A stretch of DNA of 59,408 nucleotides from Ruminococcaceae bacterium UBA1320 (GCA_002306975.1 DBTI01000094.1:1193-60600), one strand, 5' to 3'. Shown: positions 9,013-20,019, counted from the stretch's first letter. Notes: generated by a model not told the origin, from the sequence alone. Numbers and translations: made by a program.

Positions 9013-10059
9013 TTATTTGAATTCAATGACTGCCTTTACGATATCCGCTTTATTCTTGACTGAGTATTCCATCGCCTTTGCAACATCATCAAAACTAAAT
9101 ATATCCGTTACGATTTTTTCAATAGGAATCAATCCGCTCTCAATCGCCTCAATTGCTATCGGATAGATATTACGGTATCTGAATACTGTTTTTATGGTTG
9201 CCTCTTTACCCATCAGCTTTCCGATATCATAGGTCAGCTTTGATTCAGGCGCCATGCCGACCAAAACAACCGTTCCACCGCGCTTTACAAGCTCCGCAGT
9301 CTGCAATGTGGTGAATTTGTTGCCGGCTGTTTCGAAAACCATATCCACGCCCTTGTTGCCGGTAAGCGCCATAATAGTCTTTACCGTATCCTGTGAGGCT
9401 GCATTAATAACTTCCGTTGCGCCAAGCTCCGCCGCCTTATCAAGGCGCTTCTTTATAACGTCAACCACATACAGCTTTGTTACGCCCATTGCCTTTAACG
9501 ACATCAGTGTCACAAGACCGATACAGCCTGAGCCTAAAATAACCGCCGATTGCCCCAAGCCCGCATTGCCCTGCTGTGCTGCGTAGATACCGACGGCAAG
9601 CGGCTCGATCAGCGCGCCCGCCATTGTGCCCATTCCGTCCGGCAGTTTAAACGCCATATCAGCCGGATAAGCAACGTATTCGGCAAACGCTCCGTCATAT
9701 GGCGGTGTTGCCATAAATACGACGTCAGGGCAAAGATTGTATCTGCCCGATTTGCAATATTCACACTTTCCGCAGGTATAGCCGGGTTCGAGCGTTACCA
9801 AATCACCGATTTTGAAATTGGTTACCTCTTCGCCCACAGCCGTCACTTCACCGGCGCTCTCGTGACCTAGAACAATCGGTTTCTCGACAACAAAATCCCC
9901 GATTCTGCCGTACTCGTAATAATGTAAATCCGAACCGCATATCCCGACATGTTTGACTTTTACAAGGATCTCATTCTTCTTGATTTGGGGAATTTCCCTT
10001 TCCTCAATAATTATATTTTCGGTTTCCTTTAAAAGCCCGACTTTCATTTTCTTATCCAT
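9013..10059 (-). CDS. Zn-dependent polyol dehydrogenase (sorbitol/xylitol, L-iditol 2-dehydrogenase family)
   Basis: GICGSD, GHESAG, CxxCxxCx7C structural Zn site, GSGCIG; ATG 10059 preferred. Confidence 0.92.
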   Translation of the reverse strand: MDKKMKVGLLKETENIIIEEREIPQIKKNEILVKVKHVGICGSDLHYYEYGRIGDFVVEKPIVLGHESAGEVTAVGEEVTNFKIGDLVTLEPGYTCGKCEYCKSGRYNLCPDVVFMATPPYDGAFAEYVAYPADMAFKLPDGMGTMAGALIEPLAVGIYAAQQGNAGLGQSAVILGSGCIGLVTLMSLKAMGVTKLYVVDVIKKRLDKAAELGATEVINAASQDTVKTIMALTGNKGVDMVFETAGNKFTTLQTAELVKRGGTVVLVGMAPESKLTYDIGKLMGKEATIKTVFRYRNIYPIAIEAIESGLIPIEKIVTDIFSFDDVAKAMEYSVKNKADIVKAVIEFK

Positions 10060-10242
10060 TGTTTCACCCACTTTTATTTTTTCAGATTAACCTCTAACGT
10101 CTTATCGTAATTATAAAATCAAAGAGGATTACATCCGTTAATCTTCCGTTTTCCCGTTTTTTTGAACTGCAATAGCAACGCCATAACTGCGTTCAAACAA
10201 AGGGTTTGCACGCAAACTCATCAAACGGTTTAAACATATTGA

Positions 10243-10803
10243 TTATTCATCAACCATGGGCGCTCTTACGATTCTTACATCAGTAAAAACATCGAGTGAA
10301 TCGTCTGAATTTGACGAAAACTCAGAGACAACAGCCCCTTCATCCCCTGCCTGAAACCAATGCAGAGTATTGGGAACCAGCGTATATTGCTCACCCGGAT
10401 TGAGTGTGATTTCATGGAACACGGTGTAATACGGTTCGCTCCCCGCAGGGACTTTGCAGACCGGATTCGCTGCTTTCTCCCCTTCAACATAGAGATGAAC
10501 CTTACCGAATCTGCATCTGAACGTCTCTTCTTTACCCAAAGAACCTGTTCTGTTCGGATGTATGTGTTCGGGGCAGGTCTGGTGCGGGAAAAGTACCAGT
10601 TCCTTTGCACAAACCCGCTCTGTGTTTATATAAGTGATCAATTGCAGTCCCGTGTTATCCAGATCATTCAATCCGAAATCCGCTATCTCGACATTTTGCT
10701 TTTCGGCTTCGGTCAGCGCTATTGACGCCTTATTAAAATATTCCAATGATTTTTCCACTGCGTTTTCATATTGCTGTTTGCTTACCATAGAGATTTTCCC
10801 CAC
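10243..10803 (-). CDS. D-lyxose/D-mannose ketol-isomerase (YdaE-like cupin)
   Basis: CAKELVLFPHQTCPEHIHP, GKEETFRCR, HWFQAG, SEFSS motifs. Confidence 0.9.
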   Translation of the reverse strand: MGKISMVSKQQYENAVEKSLEYFNKASIALTEAEKQNVEIADFGLNDLDNTGLQLITYINTERVCAKELVLFPHQTCPEHIHPNRTGSLGKEETFRCRFGKVHLYVEGEKAANPVCKVPAGSEPYYTVFHEITLNPGEQYTLVPNTLHWFQAGDEGAVVSEFSSNSDDSLDVFTDVRIVRAPMVDE

Positions 10804-10808
10804 TTTCG

Positions 10809-13022
10809 TTATTTAATGAGTTCCACAACGGTATAAACAGGCAGGTCATAAAGGGTGATATTCATAATATCGTCATTAACTTGAGCGGTATACTCTATCT
10901 GTCTACCATCAATCGTATGGGTTTTGATAGATTTATAAACCGCGCCTGACATACTAACCTTCAGATTCAGCTTTGCTATCGGCATAATCGCATCATTGCG
11001 TTCAGAATAATCTGAATTAACAATATGCACAGCAAGACCGTTATCCATTTCATGGGTTTGTATTCCGACAGCATCATTGTCAACTGAAATTTTCCACATG
11101 CCTTTATAGGCTTCTTCAAAGGAGTCTGAAAGCCCCTTGAGCGCAATGGATTTATCGTCGACATTCCGGCAGTAATACGCGCCGTCGGCGTTCTTAATGT
11201 TTTCGAACCAGCCGGGCAGATTTTTTGCAGCCTGACCGAACATTAGAACCTTTTTGCCGTTTTTACGGAACTGTTCGATTACATCCGCCTGATTAGCGGT
11301 CAAATAATCGCAGTCGGGCAGCACCACAAGATCGTACTGATTAATATCTGCCGGGCTAAAGGTGTCTTCCCTTAAATCTCCGTCTGCAAGGAATTTGACA
11401 TCATAACCGATTTGTTTGTCAGAAAGGTATTTTGTTACTTCCCAGAACAGAAGGCGAACGCTGTTCGGATCATTTTCATCCGCCACACTGTAGGAGAGAA
11501 CTCCTTCTGAGCTGTCCAAAACGCTGCTGGAATATCCCGCTACCGCTTCTTTCCAGTAATAGCTGGGGAAACTGTATAACACAAGCACATTCGCGCCTGA
11601 ATGCGTGGAATAAAGCCTTTCATTGTCCGCAAGGAAGTCCTGTACCTGTGTCGTTACATCACGAGGCGGCCAGAATGCATCCTTGACGGTATTGCCCATC
11701 CATGCCCCGTAAGGCACCGACATATTGCAGCCGTAGGCGGAAGCCTCAATTAGCAGAAGCCTATAAAGGTCATAACCCTTGCCCTTGTTCAGCTTTTCCA
11801 CAAGGTCAATAACAACGCTTCCATATGGATTTTCAGCAACAATCACAGGCTTATCCCCTGCAAAGCCCGCCACATACCTAAACCAGTTGGTTTGATTGAA
11901 AAGGGTTTGTTTCATTTCGGTGATAATAACGTCTACATTTGCCTCAAGCGGATAATACACCGGCATGATATTAAAGAAGTTGCCCGAAACAAGCACTTTT
12001 CTGCCCTTTTCCCTGCCGTATTCCCTGATGAAATCGGCAAGCTCGTTGAAATGCTTTTTAACCGCCCTAAGCTGATAATCCCAGTAATACTTATAAAGGG
12101 GCAAATCATTAAGATTCCCCGGATAAGGCAGTTTTGTCGCGCGCAGATAGTCGCCGTAGTTAAAGGTATCCAGATCTACACCGGAAAGCTCAGCGGGCAG
12201 CTCGCCTTTTGATTTCAATTCCTTGAGATATTCATTAAACTGCTTCATGCAGTCCTTGCAAAAGCATCCGCCGTATCTGATTGACGTCATCGGAAGCTCA
12301 CATTCATCCAGTTGAACCCCCGCAACGCCCGCGTCGATCTGGATTTTTATGATCTTTTTCATATATGCCCGCCAGACGGGGTTGTTTCTGCACATCTGAT
12401 AAGCCTGATGCTCATGTCCTTTTACTTCCACCCATTCTGAGTGAGTCGGTTTGCCGTTAAAATCTCTTGAGCAGCATTCATCCCATATGTCTGTTACTTC
12501 TTCGCCGTCACTGTTATATAAACCTTCAGGGAAATAATCCCTGAATTTCTTTTCAAAAACATCCGGGTATTTATCGCCGGTAAATTCACGCAGGCCGTAC
12601 CAGTCGTGCGGTTTATCACCTTTGATAATATTGAAATCAACAAATTCCTTCTGATCCTCGCTCAAAACGACCGGGAACTCCCATCCTTGAACCTCAAAAA
12701 CTATTCCGAAAACCTTAATGCCCCTTTTATTGCATTCCGCAATATACTCGGAATCATTCATGAATCCGTAAAACCGGAGCCTCGGGTCAACCTTACCGAA
12801 CGCCTCATTTTCCAGATAGGAAAGGGAGATGGAACCGCCGCCCAAAGCAGACCATACAAGCAATGTTCCGCGGTATTTTTCCAAATCCTCAATCATGCGG
12901 ATATTTCTGATTGGCAAGCTGGGGTGGTAACAATGGTTGTCCTTATACCAGCCGTCAAAATAGATACCTCTTTCCAATTTATGCACCCTATTCCATAATA
13001 TTTTATTTGATACGTATTTCAA
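10809..13022 (-). CDS. Putative glycoside hydrolase (GH42-like TIM barrel plus trimerisation domain), family unassigned
   Basis: 737 aa, no signal peptide; GVQLDE followed by CFCKDC; YDLVVLPD GATase-like segment; inside a sugar ABC operon; alternative TTG start at 12977. Confidence 0.65.
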   Translation of the reverse strand: MKYVSNKILWNRVHKLERGIYFDGWYKDNHCYHPSLPIRNIRMIEDLEKYRGTLLVWSALGGGSISLSYLENEAFGKVDPRLRFYGFMNDSEYIAECNKRGIKVFGIVFEVQGWEFPVVLSEDQKEFVDFNIIKGDKPHDWYGLREFTGDKYPDVFEKKFRDYFPEGLYNSDGEEVTDIWDECCSRDFNGKPTHSEWVEVKGHEHQAYQMCRNNPVWRAYMKKIIKIQIDAGVAGVQLDECELPMTSIRYGGCFCKDCMKQFNEYLKELKSKGELPAELSGVDLDTFNYGDYLRATKLPYPGNLNDLPLYKYYWDYQLRAVKKHFNELADFIREYGREKGRKVLVSGNFFNIMPVYYPLEANVDVIITEMKQTLFNQTNWFRYVAGFAGDKPVIVAENPYGSVVIDLVEKLNKGKGYDLYRLLLIEASAYGCNMSVPYGAWMGNTVKDAFWPPRDVTTQVQDFLADNERLYSTHSGANVLVLYSFPSYYWKEAVAGYSSSVLDSSEGVLSYSVADENDPNSVRLLFWEVTKYLSDKQIGYDVKFLADGDLREDTFSPADINQYDLVVLPDCDYLTANQADVIEQFRKNGKKVLMFGQAAKNLPGWFENIKNADGAYYCRNVDDKSIALKGLSDSFEEAYKGMWKISVDNDAVGIQTHEMDNGLAVHIVNSDYSERNDAIMPIAKLNLKVSMSGAVYKSIKTHTIDGRQIEYTAQVNDDIMNITLYDLPVYTVVELIK

Positions 13023-13104
13023 TTAGAAGTATAGATAAAAACGAGTGAAAGACACTGATCTACGACTTTCATGAAGATTTTTTCGTTATACTTCTTATTT
13101 GGAA

Positions 13105-13941
13105 TTAGCCTTTTACCGAACCTGCCGTCATACCCTGTATGATACTCTTTGAAAAAGCCAGATAAACAAGAACAACCGGCAGAACCGCTACCACCATCGC
13201 CGACAGAAGCTGCGGATAATTCACCGTATACTGCCCGTTAAAGTTTGTAAGCGCTACGGGAATAGTCATCAATTTCGGGTTTGTCAGCAGCACCAGTGCA
13301 AACGGAAACTCGTTCCATGTGTTCAAAAAAGTCAGAATCAATACCGTCGCAATAACCGGACGGCATATCGGCATGACTATTCTGAATATTACGGTTAGCG
13401 TACTGCTTCCATCGATAAAGGCCGCCTCTTCGATTTCGATCGGCGTCGATTTAAGAAAGCTTTCAAACAGGAACACTGCCATGGGCAGGCCAAACGCCAC
13501 ATATGGCAGAATTAATGTGAAATGCTGGTTATTCAATGAGATCATTTTGAACTGAATAAACAAAGGCACCAGCAGGCTGTGGATTGGAACCAACATTCCG
13601 AACATCAGCAGAACATAAATAAGACCTTTGAACTTGAATTTATATCTTGCGATGCAGAACGCTATAACAAATCCCAGCACAATCACAAGTGAAACAGAAA
13701 TTATACTGATGAACAGGCTGTTGAAAAAAGGCACAATCAAGTTCCCGTTCTTGATAGCCAATATATAGTTTTGAAACTGTATATGATTCGGCAATGATAT
13801 GATATTAAGGTTGAATTCCTTGCTGGTTTTGAAAGATGAATACAGCATCCACACCAACGGGAATATACAGGAAATCGAGAAAATAAGGACAATCACATTG
13901 ATGAAGATTTTCAATATGTTCTGTGCAATTTTACGCAGCAT
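13105..13941 (-). CDS. Carbohydrate ABC transporter permease (MalG-like)
   Basis: EEAAFIDG EAA motif, WNEF, C-terminal GSVKG. Confidence 0.93.
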   Translation of the reverse strand: MLRKIAQNILKIFINVIVLIFSISCIFPLVWMLYSSFKTSKEFNLNIISLPNHIQFQNYILAIKNGNLIVPFFNSLFISIISVSLVIVLGFVIAFCIARYKFKFKGLIYVLLMFGMLVPIHSLLVPLFIQFKMISLNNQHFTLILPYVAFGLPMAVFLFESFLKSTPIEIEEAAFIDGSSTLTVIFRIVMPICRPVIATVLILTFLNTWNEFPFALVLLTNPKLMTIPVALTNFNGQYTVNYPQLLSAMVVAVLPVVLVYLAFSKSIIQGMTAGSVKG

Positions 13942-14821
13942 CTTTATTCCCTCCCCCAATTATCCGGCTGATGAGAATAATTGTTATGCTCAGAATCAGG
14001 ATGCCGATTGAAATTGCACTGCCATATCCGAGCTTAAACATGATAAACGAGTTTTGATAAGCATACTGCGCCAGCACCGTTGAACTGCTGCCGGGGCCGC
14101 CGCCGGTCATTACGAAAATCTGATCGAAAATCTTCATGTTACCCGCTATGCAAAGCATTATGGCAATCTTCATCGTATCTTTCAATAGCGGTATCGTGAT
14201 GTACCAAGCCCTTTTAATTCCGGTTGCTCCGTCAATTTCCGCGCTTTCAAAAATGTCCGGGGATATACTCTGAAAAGCAGAAAGAAATATGACCAGATAA
14301 AACCCTATATACTGCCATATGATGGGGATGCTGACAGAGCCCATTACGATTTTAGGATCATCAAGCCATGGCTGAATCAGAGAACCGAGCCCTATGCTTT
14401 TCATTATTACGTTTAGAAATCCATAATCCTTGTTATAGATAATTGTCCAGAGGAAGCCGACAACTACTGCCGAAATTACAACCGGAAGGAATATTACATT
14501 TCTGTGAAAGGTTTTAAATCTTAACAGCTTTGATGTCATAAAAGCTGTTATAATCATGGCAATCCCAATCTGACCAACCAAACATAATACTATGATAATT
14601 AAATTATTTTTAAAGGCGTTCCAAAAATCCATATCCTTTATTAACTGCGCATAATTCTGAAAGCCGATAAATTTCATCATTGAACCGCCGCTGTAATTGA
14701 ACAGGCTGTAATACAGAGAAGTAAAAAGTGGCAAAATAACGACAAATCCATATATAAGCAGACCGGGTAAAAGTAACGCGGCAATCATGCCGCGTTTGGG
14801 TTGCAGCGTTTTGGTAATCAT
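13931..14821 (-). CDS. Carbohydrate ABC transporter permease (MalF-like)
   Basis: ESAEIDGA EAA motif, MTGGGPG. Confidence 0.93.
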   Translation of the reverse strand: MITKTLQPKRGMIAALLLPGLLIYGFVVILPLFTSLYYSLFNYSGGSMMKFIGFQNYAQLIKDMDFWNAFKNNLIIIVLCLVGQIGIAMIITAFMTSKLLRFKTFHRNVIFLPVVISAVVVGFLWTIIYNKDYGFLNVIMKSIGLGSLIQPWLDDPKIVMGSVSIPIIWQYIGFYLVIFLSAFQSISPDIFESAEIDGATGIKRAWYITIPLLKDTMKIAIMLCIAGNMKIFDQIFVMTGGGPGSSSTVLAQYAYQNSFIMFKLGYGSAISIGILILSITIILISRIIGGGNKDAA

Positions 14822-14838
14822 GACGCTCTCCTTATTTA

Positions 14839-14868
14839 TTTCCCGGGGGGTATATACCCCCCGGGAAA
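14839..14868 (-). terminator. GC-rich hairpin after the binding-protein gene (mRNA stabiliser or partial terminator)
   Basis: TTTCCCGGGGGGTA-TA-TACCCCCCGGGAAA. Confidence 0.55.
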
Positions 14869-14888
14869 ATATTTCTAAGGGTTCTTTA

Positions 14889-16220
14889 TTATTTTTCTGC
14901 CTCGTAGGCCGCCTGAATCTTTTGTGCCAGTGCCTGCGGAGTAGTATTGCTTATAAGCAAATCCTGAATGCCTGTATTCATAACTTTAATCAGGTCTGCG
15001 GGAAGCTGTGAATCATAGATTGGCACAGGGGTAAGTGTTGCGGAGAGTGTCAGATATTTCGTGACAAGCGGCGACAATTTGCTGTTATCGACATTGCCGG
15101 GCTTGCTTGCCGGGAAAGCGCTGTTCTCAACCGCGATTGTAGCATAATCGGCATCTGTAACGGCTTTGATGAGCTTGAAAGCCGCATCTCTTTTCGCACC
15201 GGTCACGTTTGCGTTTACATTGTATGCCCATGCCGCGCCTGCGGAGTTGTCAAGCGCATTGCCTTTGCCGCCGTCAACCGCCGGAAGAATAGCAAGGTTT
15301 GTGTTATCGGTAATTTCCTTTGGTGCATCATTGATAACACTGCTTATAGCCCAGTTGCCTTCCATAAACATGGCGGCTTTACCGTTATAGTAGTTTGTCT
15401 TCTGCTGCATGTTGTCAATTGAGTTCATATCGGTATTGAACGCACCGATTTTGGCAAGATCCTGCATTGCCGTCAGCGCCTGAACAAATTCAGGATCGGT
15501 GAATTTGGCTCCGCCCTTGTTCTTGATGCTGTCGAACCAGCTGGCTCCTGTGAAATGATCTCCCAAAGTGCTCAGCATGCAGGATTCTGCAACCCAGTTA
15601 TCCTTGTTGCCAAGTGAAATAGGAGTAATGCCTTTTGCTTTGATCTTTTTGACCGCATCCTCAAACCCTGTCCATGTAGTCGGGAAGGATGTGATTCCCG
15701 CGTCGCTGAATATCTTCTGGTTGTAAAAGATTATATGTGTATCGAGCTTCTGGAAGGGAACGCCGTAGTTCTTGCCGTCTTTTTGGAAATCGTTGAAAAT
15801 GCCGGGATAAAACCCGTCTTTCCAAGCGGTATCTTTGCTAAGAACATCATCAACCGGCTGAACAAGATTGTTGCTGATAAACATATCAAGCATCGAGCCT
15901 TTGAAGGTGAAGATATCCGGCAGTTGGTTGCCTGCCGCAAGTGCCGCAATTTTGGTTTCATAGGTGTTGCTGCTTAACGCTTCATTATTTATGGTAATAT
16001 CAGGATTTGCTTTTTTGAACGCATCCAAAGCTTTGTTGAATGCAATACTGTTGCCGTCAGTTGCTCCGGTAGGGTACATATCCATGATTGATAAAGTTAT
16101 TTTGCTATCTGAACTTTTCGTATCTGACGAGGAAGAACTATTCGTGTTACAGGCTGATAATGAAAAAACCATTGCCGCTGCAAGTAGAAGTGAACCGATT
16201 CTTAATGAGGATTTTCTCAC
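14889..16220 (-). CDS. Carbohydrate ABC transporter solute-binding lipoprotein
   Basis: Lipobox LSAC, Ser-rich linker, FYNQKIF, GKAAMFMEGNW. Confidence 0.93.
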   Translation of the reverse strand: MRKSSLRIGSLLLAAAMVFSLSACNTNSSSSSDTKSSDSKITLSIMDMYPTGATDGNSIAFNKALDAFKKANPDITINNEALSSNTYETKIAALAAGNQLPDIFTFKGSMLDMFISNNLVQPVDDVLSKDTAWKDGFYPGIFNDFQKDGKNYGVPFQKLDTHIIFYNQKIFSDAGITSFPTTWTGFEDAVKKIKAKGITPISLGNKDNWVAESCMLSTLGDHFTGASWFDSIKNKGGAKFTDPEFVQALTAMQDLAKIGAFNTDMNSIDNMQQKTNYYNGKAAMFMEGNWAISSVINDAPKEITDNTNLAILPAVDGGKGNALDNSAGAAWAYNVNANVTGAKRDAAFKLIKAVTDADYATIAVENSAFPASKPGNVDNSKLSPLVTKYLTLSATLTPVPIYDSQLPADLIKVMNTGIQDLLISNTTPQALAQKIQAAYEAEK

Positions 16221-16366
16221 AAACTATACCTCCCAATATTTGTTTCCGCTTCTTTATAAAACATGTTTTCGGTAGAACTATCGGCGCCTCAAGTTCTATA
16301 TCTATTATATATTTTACTAAATACACAAAACCAGTGCGGTTTGCTATAATATTATCGTAAAATATG

Positions 16367-17971
16367 TCATGTGTTATCGCGGTATTCCTTTGGGGTACAT
16401 CCGGCATACTTTTTGAAGTTAAAATTGAATATTTTATAATCATTATATCCAACCTTGTCCGCAACCTCATAAACACGCAGTTTCGCATCTCTTAAGTATC
16501 GTTTTGCCATCTCGATCCGAACCGTATTGAGACATTCGGTAAAGCTTTTGCCCGTCTCCCTTTTAAAAACCCTGCTGAAATAGTTGGGGGTAACGCAGGT
16601 GACTGCCGCCATTTGCAGTACATCCAGATCTTTATAATAATTTTCATTGATGAATTGAACGGCTATTTTTGCTATTCCCCTAAATTTTTCATTTTTGCTG
16701 TTTTGCATTGCTTCAAGAAAATTTTGGAAGATCTTTTTTAGCCAAACCTCAATATCTTCGATTGTCTCATATTTTTCGATCTCCCTGTAGGGATCAAAAT
16801 CTTTGCTGTCATGGTTTCGAAGATCTACTCCGATCAGTTCCAGGTAGCTTATCGAAATGATAATCAACCTCAGGCAGATATCCTTGACTTCCTTTTCATC
16901 CGGCACGGAAGCCGCAAGGTTAGCGCAAAACTTTTCAATAGCACTGTTGATGCTTTCGGTTTTCATTGTCTTTAAGGAATCGATAATCTCTTTTTCATCA
17001 TCCGATGGGTAAATAGCCGGAAAAGAATTTTGCCTTCTATCCACTTCATTAACAAAAATAATTCTGTTTTTGCCTTTAAAAACTTTGCTTCTTAAAGCGG
17101 TCAATGCTTCATTATAGGCACCCGGGATAGCTAAGACACCTGTGCAGGGGTTGCTCACCCCTATTGTAACCGTCAGGTTCAAGCTGCTTCTCACGCTGTT
17201 TTTTATCTTTGAATATAGGCTACGGATTTCATTTTCATTTGATTTTTTTACACTTATGACCGATATAAGATAATCAAACTCGCTGAAATATACACCGCTG
17301 TTTGACAAAGGTTTTAAAATTTCATCGACGATCAACTTTACCGATACCTTCAGGTTTTCTTTTTCCAGATCGGATAAATTTTCGGTAATCAGATAAAAAT
17401 CGTCAATATCGATGATAATCACTTCAAGTAGATGGGCGGGCAAATTCATCTGCAATTCTTTTGTTTTTTCAAAAATAAAAGATTCATCGGTATATTCTTT
17501 TTTGATGATTGCGTTAATTAGGCGCGATTGGAGGAACAGCAGATTTTCGGAAACAATACTTTTCAAGGTTTTTTCCTTATCCATTTCGTCGCGTTCATCC
17601 AATATTTCTTTGCGCAGCTTTTGCATAACACTAATCAGTTCATCCGCACCGATCGGTTTTAACAGGTAATCATTTACGCCGAGATGCAATGCTTCCTTGG
17701 CATATGCAAAATCATCATACCCGCTGACAATAATGATCCTCATGCCGGGCATTTTTTCTTTTACGCTTTTCGTGAACGCCAATCCGTCCATGAGGGGCAT
17801 TCTGACATCGATAATAGATATGTCCGGTTTAAACTCCAGCGCTTTTTGAAGACCTTCTTCACCATTTGAAGCTTCACCCACAACCGTCATGCCGTATGAT
17901 TCCCAGTCTATGGAGGTTCTGATGCCGGTGCGGATCATAACTTCATCATCGATTATCATTATCTTAATCAT
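16367..17971 (-). CDS. AraC-family response regulator (YesN-like)
   Basis: N-terminal REC domain; C-terminal YFSRVFKRETG...VGY AraC HTH. Confidence 0.93.
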   Translation of the reverse strand: MIKIMIIDDEVMIRTGIRTSIDWESYGMTVVGEASNGEEGLQKALEFKPDISIIDVRMPLMDGLAFTKSVKEKMPGMRIIIVSGYDDFAYAKEALHLGVNDYLLKPIGADELISVMQKLRKEILDERDEMDKEKTLKSIVSENLLFLQSRLINAIIKKEYTDESFIFEKTKELQMNLPAHLLEVIIIDIDDFYLITENLSDLEKENLKVSVKLIVDEILKPLSNSGVYFSEFDYLISVISVKKSNENEIRSLYSKIKNSVRSSLNLTVTIGVSNPCTGVLAIPGAYNEALTALRSKVFKGKNRIIFVNEVDRRQNSFPAIYPSDDEKEIIDSLKTMKTESINSAIEKFCANLAASVPDEKEVKDICLRLIIISISYLELIGVDLRNHDSKDFDPYREIEKYETIEDIEVWLKKIFQNFLEAMQNSKNEKFRGIAKIAVQFINENYYKDLDVLQMAAVTCVTPNYFSRVFKRETGKSFTECLNTVRIEMAKRYLRDAKLRVYEVADKVGYNDYKIFNFNFKKYAGCTPKEYRDNT

Positions 17972-19712
17972 GTTTGACCTCCTCTGTTAAAGGCTGGGTA
18001 ACGATTACCGCTGTACCATTTTCCCTGTTTAAAAATGTTAGCCCGTATTCCTCGCCGAAATATAATTGTATGCGGTCATTGACATTTTTGATTGCTATTC
18101 CACGCTTACCCTCAGGTTCGTTTAAAAGCTTGCTGATTTCCTCCGGATCAATTCCTCTGCCGTTGTCTTCTACCATAAAAATCAGTCTTTCGTTATTTTT
18201 TGAAATGGTGATGTTGATTTCTCCTCCTTTATCCAAATCTTTGCACCCATGAACAATCGCATTTTCAATCAAAGGCTGCAATACAAATTTGGTTGTAAGG
18301 CAATTCAGTGTTTCCTCATCAACATTTAATTGAAACGTAATTTTATCGCTGTATCTGATCTGTTGAATAATTATATAATTTCTGATATGGTCGACTTCAT
18401 CTTTAACTGCTATAATTTCATCGCCGCTATTTAAACTCTGCCGGAATAATTTTGACAGCGCCTCGACCATTTTGCTGGTTTCGAAAGCTTTTTCCATCCT
18501 CCCCATCCAATAGATATTGTCCAGCGTATTATACAAAAAGTGTGGATTGATTTGCGCCTGCAATGCCATCAATTCAGCTTCTTTTTGTTTAATCTGGACG
18601 GAATACACCTTTTGAATCAGTTCCTTTAATTTACCGGACATCTTGTTAAAGCTGTGATACAACCGGGTAATCTCGTCGTTCCCTTTCGGTTCGACATAGA
18701 CGTCAAAATCCTCATGCTCAACTTTCCCCATCAATTTTGACAATGTTTTGAGCCTTAAAAGTATTCTGCCTGAAAAAACCGTTACAATTATCGCGCAGAT
18801 TGCAAAGCAGAAAACCATTATGAAAATAAGCTCTTCCTGAGCTTTTGTATTTTCTTTCAGGAGCTGCCTGAGCGGAACTATATTGATGATCTTCCACCCG
18901 TTGTTCCCGAACTTATAATAAGTAACCAGATAGACAAGACCCTTGGAATTGATTTGAAAATACCCTTCATTTGACGTGAACTGGTTTTTGCTGAACATGG
19001 AATAAGCGAATGCACTTCCGACTTTATTTTTTTTTGTAGCCGATATAATGTTATCCTGAGCATCCAGAACAAAAAACTCATCGCCCTCGACAATCGCTTT
19101 GTCCTTATAAATATCATAAAATGCGTCACCATTGATGTTTATTTTTATTACAGCCAATTTATTGGTAATGTTGCTCATGTCATAAATTGATCTGACCATG
19201 GTAAAAACGTCCGACGGTCTGTTGTTATAATCAAAAATTGTATCCGAATACCACATAGGGCTCCCTTTTAGTGCGGCTGACTGATCAATCTTTTGGGCAC
19301 TAATCAAATTGCGGGTATCCGTCGTATTCACATCAAGATTATTTACTCCTTTGATATAGATGGAATCAATAAAAATCTTGGGCGAAATAAGCTCGAGCAA
19401 ATCGTTTTCAATTTTTAATTTATCCTGATAAATAATATTTGAAGGTTCATTGCCCTTTAAATAAAAATAGTTTTTCAGATCCTCATCCTGAATCAGATAT
19501 AAAGAGATGTCCTGAACATTTTGAACAATAAACTCTATGTTGTTGCCGATCTGTTCAACTGTGTTCATATTGGAAAGGCTGATTTTTTGCTGCATGACCT
19601 GTGATGATTGCCTGAATGATATAATTCCTAAGGTTGTGATTGGAATGATGACAACAAACAGCGAAAGCATCAGAATTTTAAACTGCAGCGGAAAAAATCT
19701 CCGTTTTTTCAC
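17964..19712 (-). CDS. Cache-HAMP sensor histidine kinase (YesM-like)
   Basis: LQAQINPHFLYNTL, LQPLIENAIVHG. Confidence 0.93.
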   Translation of the reverse strand: MKKRRFFPLQFKILMLSLFVVIIPITTLGIISFRQSSQVMQQKISLSNMNTVEQIGNNIEFIVQNVQDISLYLIQDEDLKNYFYLKGNEPSNIIYQDKLKIENDLLELISPKIFIDSIYIKGVNNLDVNTTDTRNLISAQKIDQSAALKGSPMWYSDTIFDYNNRPSDVFTMVRSIYDMSNITNKLAVIKININGDAFYDIYKDKAIVEGDEFFVLDAQDNIISATKKNKVGSAFAYSMFSKNQFTSNEGYFQINSKGLVYLVTYYKFGNNGWKIINIVPLRQLLKENTKAQEELIFIMVFCFAICAIIVTVFSGRILLRLKTLSKLMGKVEHEDFDVYVEPKGNDEITRLYHSFNKMSGKLKELIQKVYSVQIKQKEAELMALQAQINPHFLYNTLDNIYWMGRMEKAFETSKMVEALSKLFRQSLNSGDEIIAVKDEVDHIRNYIIIQQIRYSDKITFQLNVDEETLNCLTTKFVLQPLIENAIVHGCKDLDKGGEINITISKNNERLIFMVEDNGRGIDPEEISKLLNEPEGKRGIAIKNVNDRIQLYFGEEYGLTFLNRENGTAVIVTQPLTEEVKHD

Positions 19713-19812
19713 ATTGATACCTCCAAAATCTTATAGCATTTATTCTTTTCACTTAAAAACTATTTACACATCAAGTCCATCTTCGATTTTGAATAAGTGA
19801 AAAACAAAAAAA

Positions 19813-19860
19813 CTCCTTTTGACCTCTTGCAGTCCGGCGGCAACAAGATGTCAAAAGGAG
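19813..19860 (-). terminator. Hairpin downstream of the response regulator
   Basis: CTCCTTTTGAC...GTCAAAAGGAG with a T-run on the minus strand. Confidence 0.6.
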
Positions 19861-19994
19861 AATATTCAAAAAGAATGATAGGTAATATTTAACGCATTTT
19901 ATGTGGTGCTACAGATATTACATCTTTTATAGCAAAATATCAAAGGTAAATATTCCCTTAATTAAAAAAAGCAGGCGGGAACAAGAAAATTCCT

Positions 19995-20019
19995 TTTTCC
20001 TATCTTAATTGGAATTGCT
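19995..20019. repeat. 25-bp repeat also present at 22712-22736
   Basis: TTTTCYTATCTTAATTGGAATTGCT, 24/25 identical. Confidence 0.75.
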
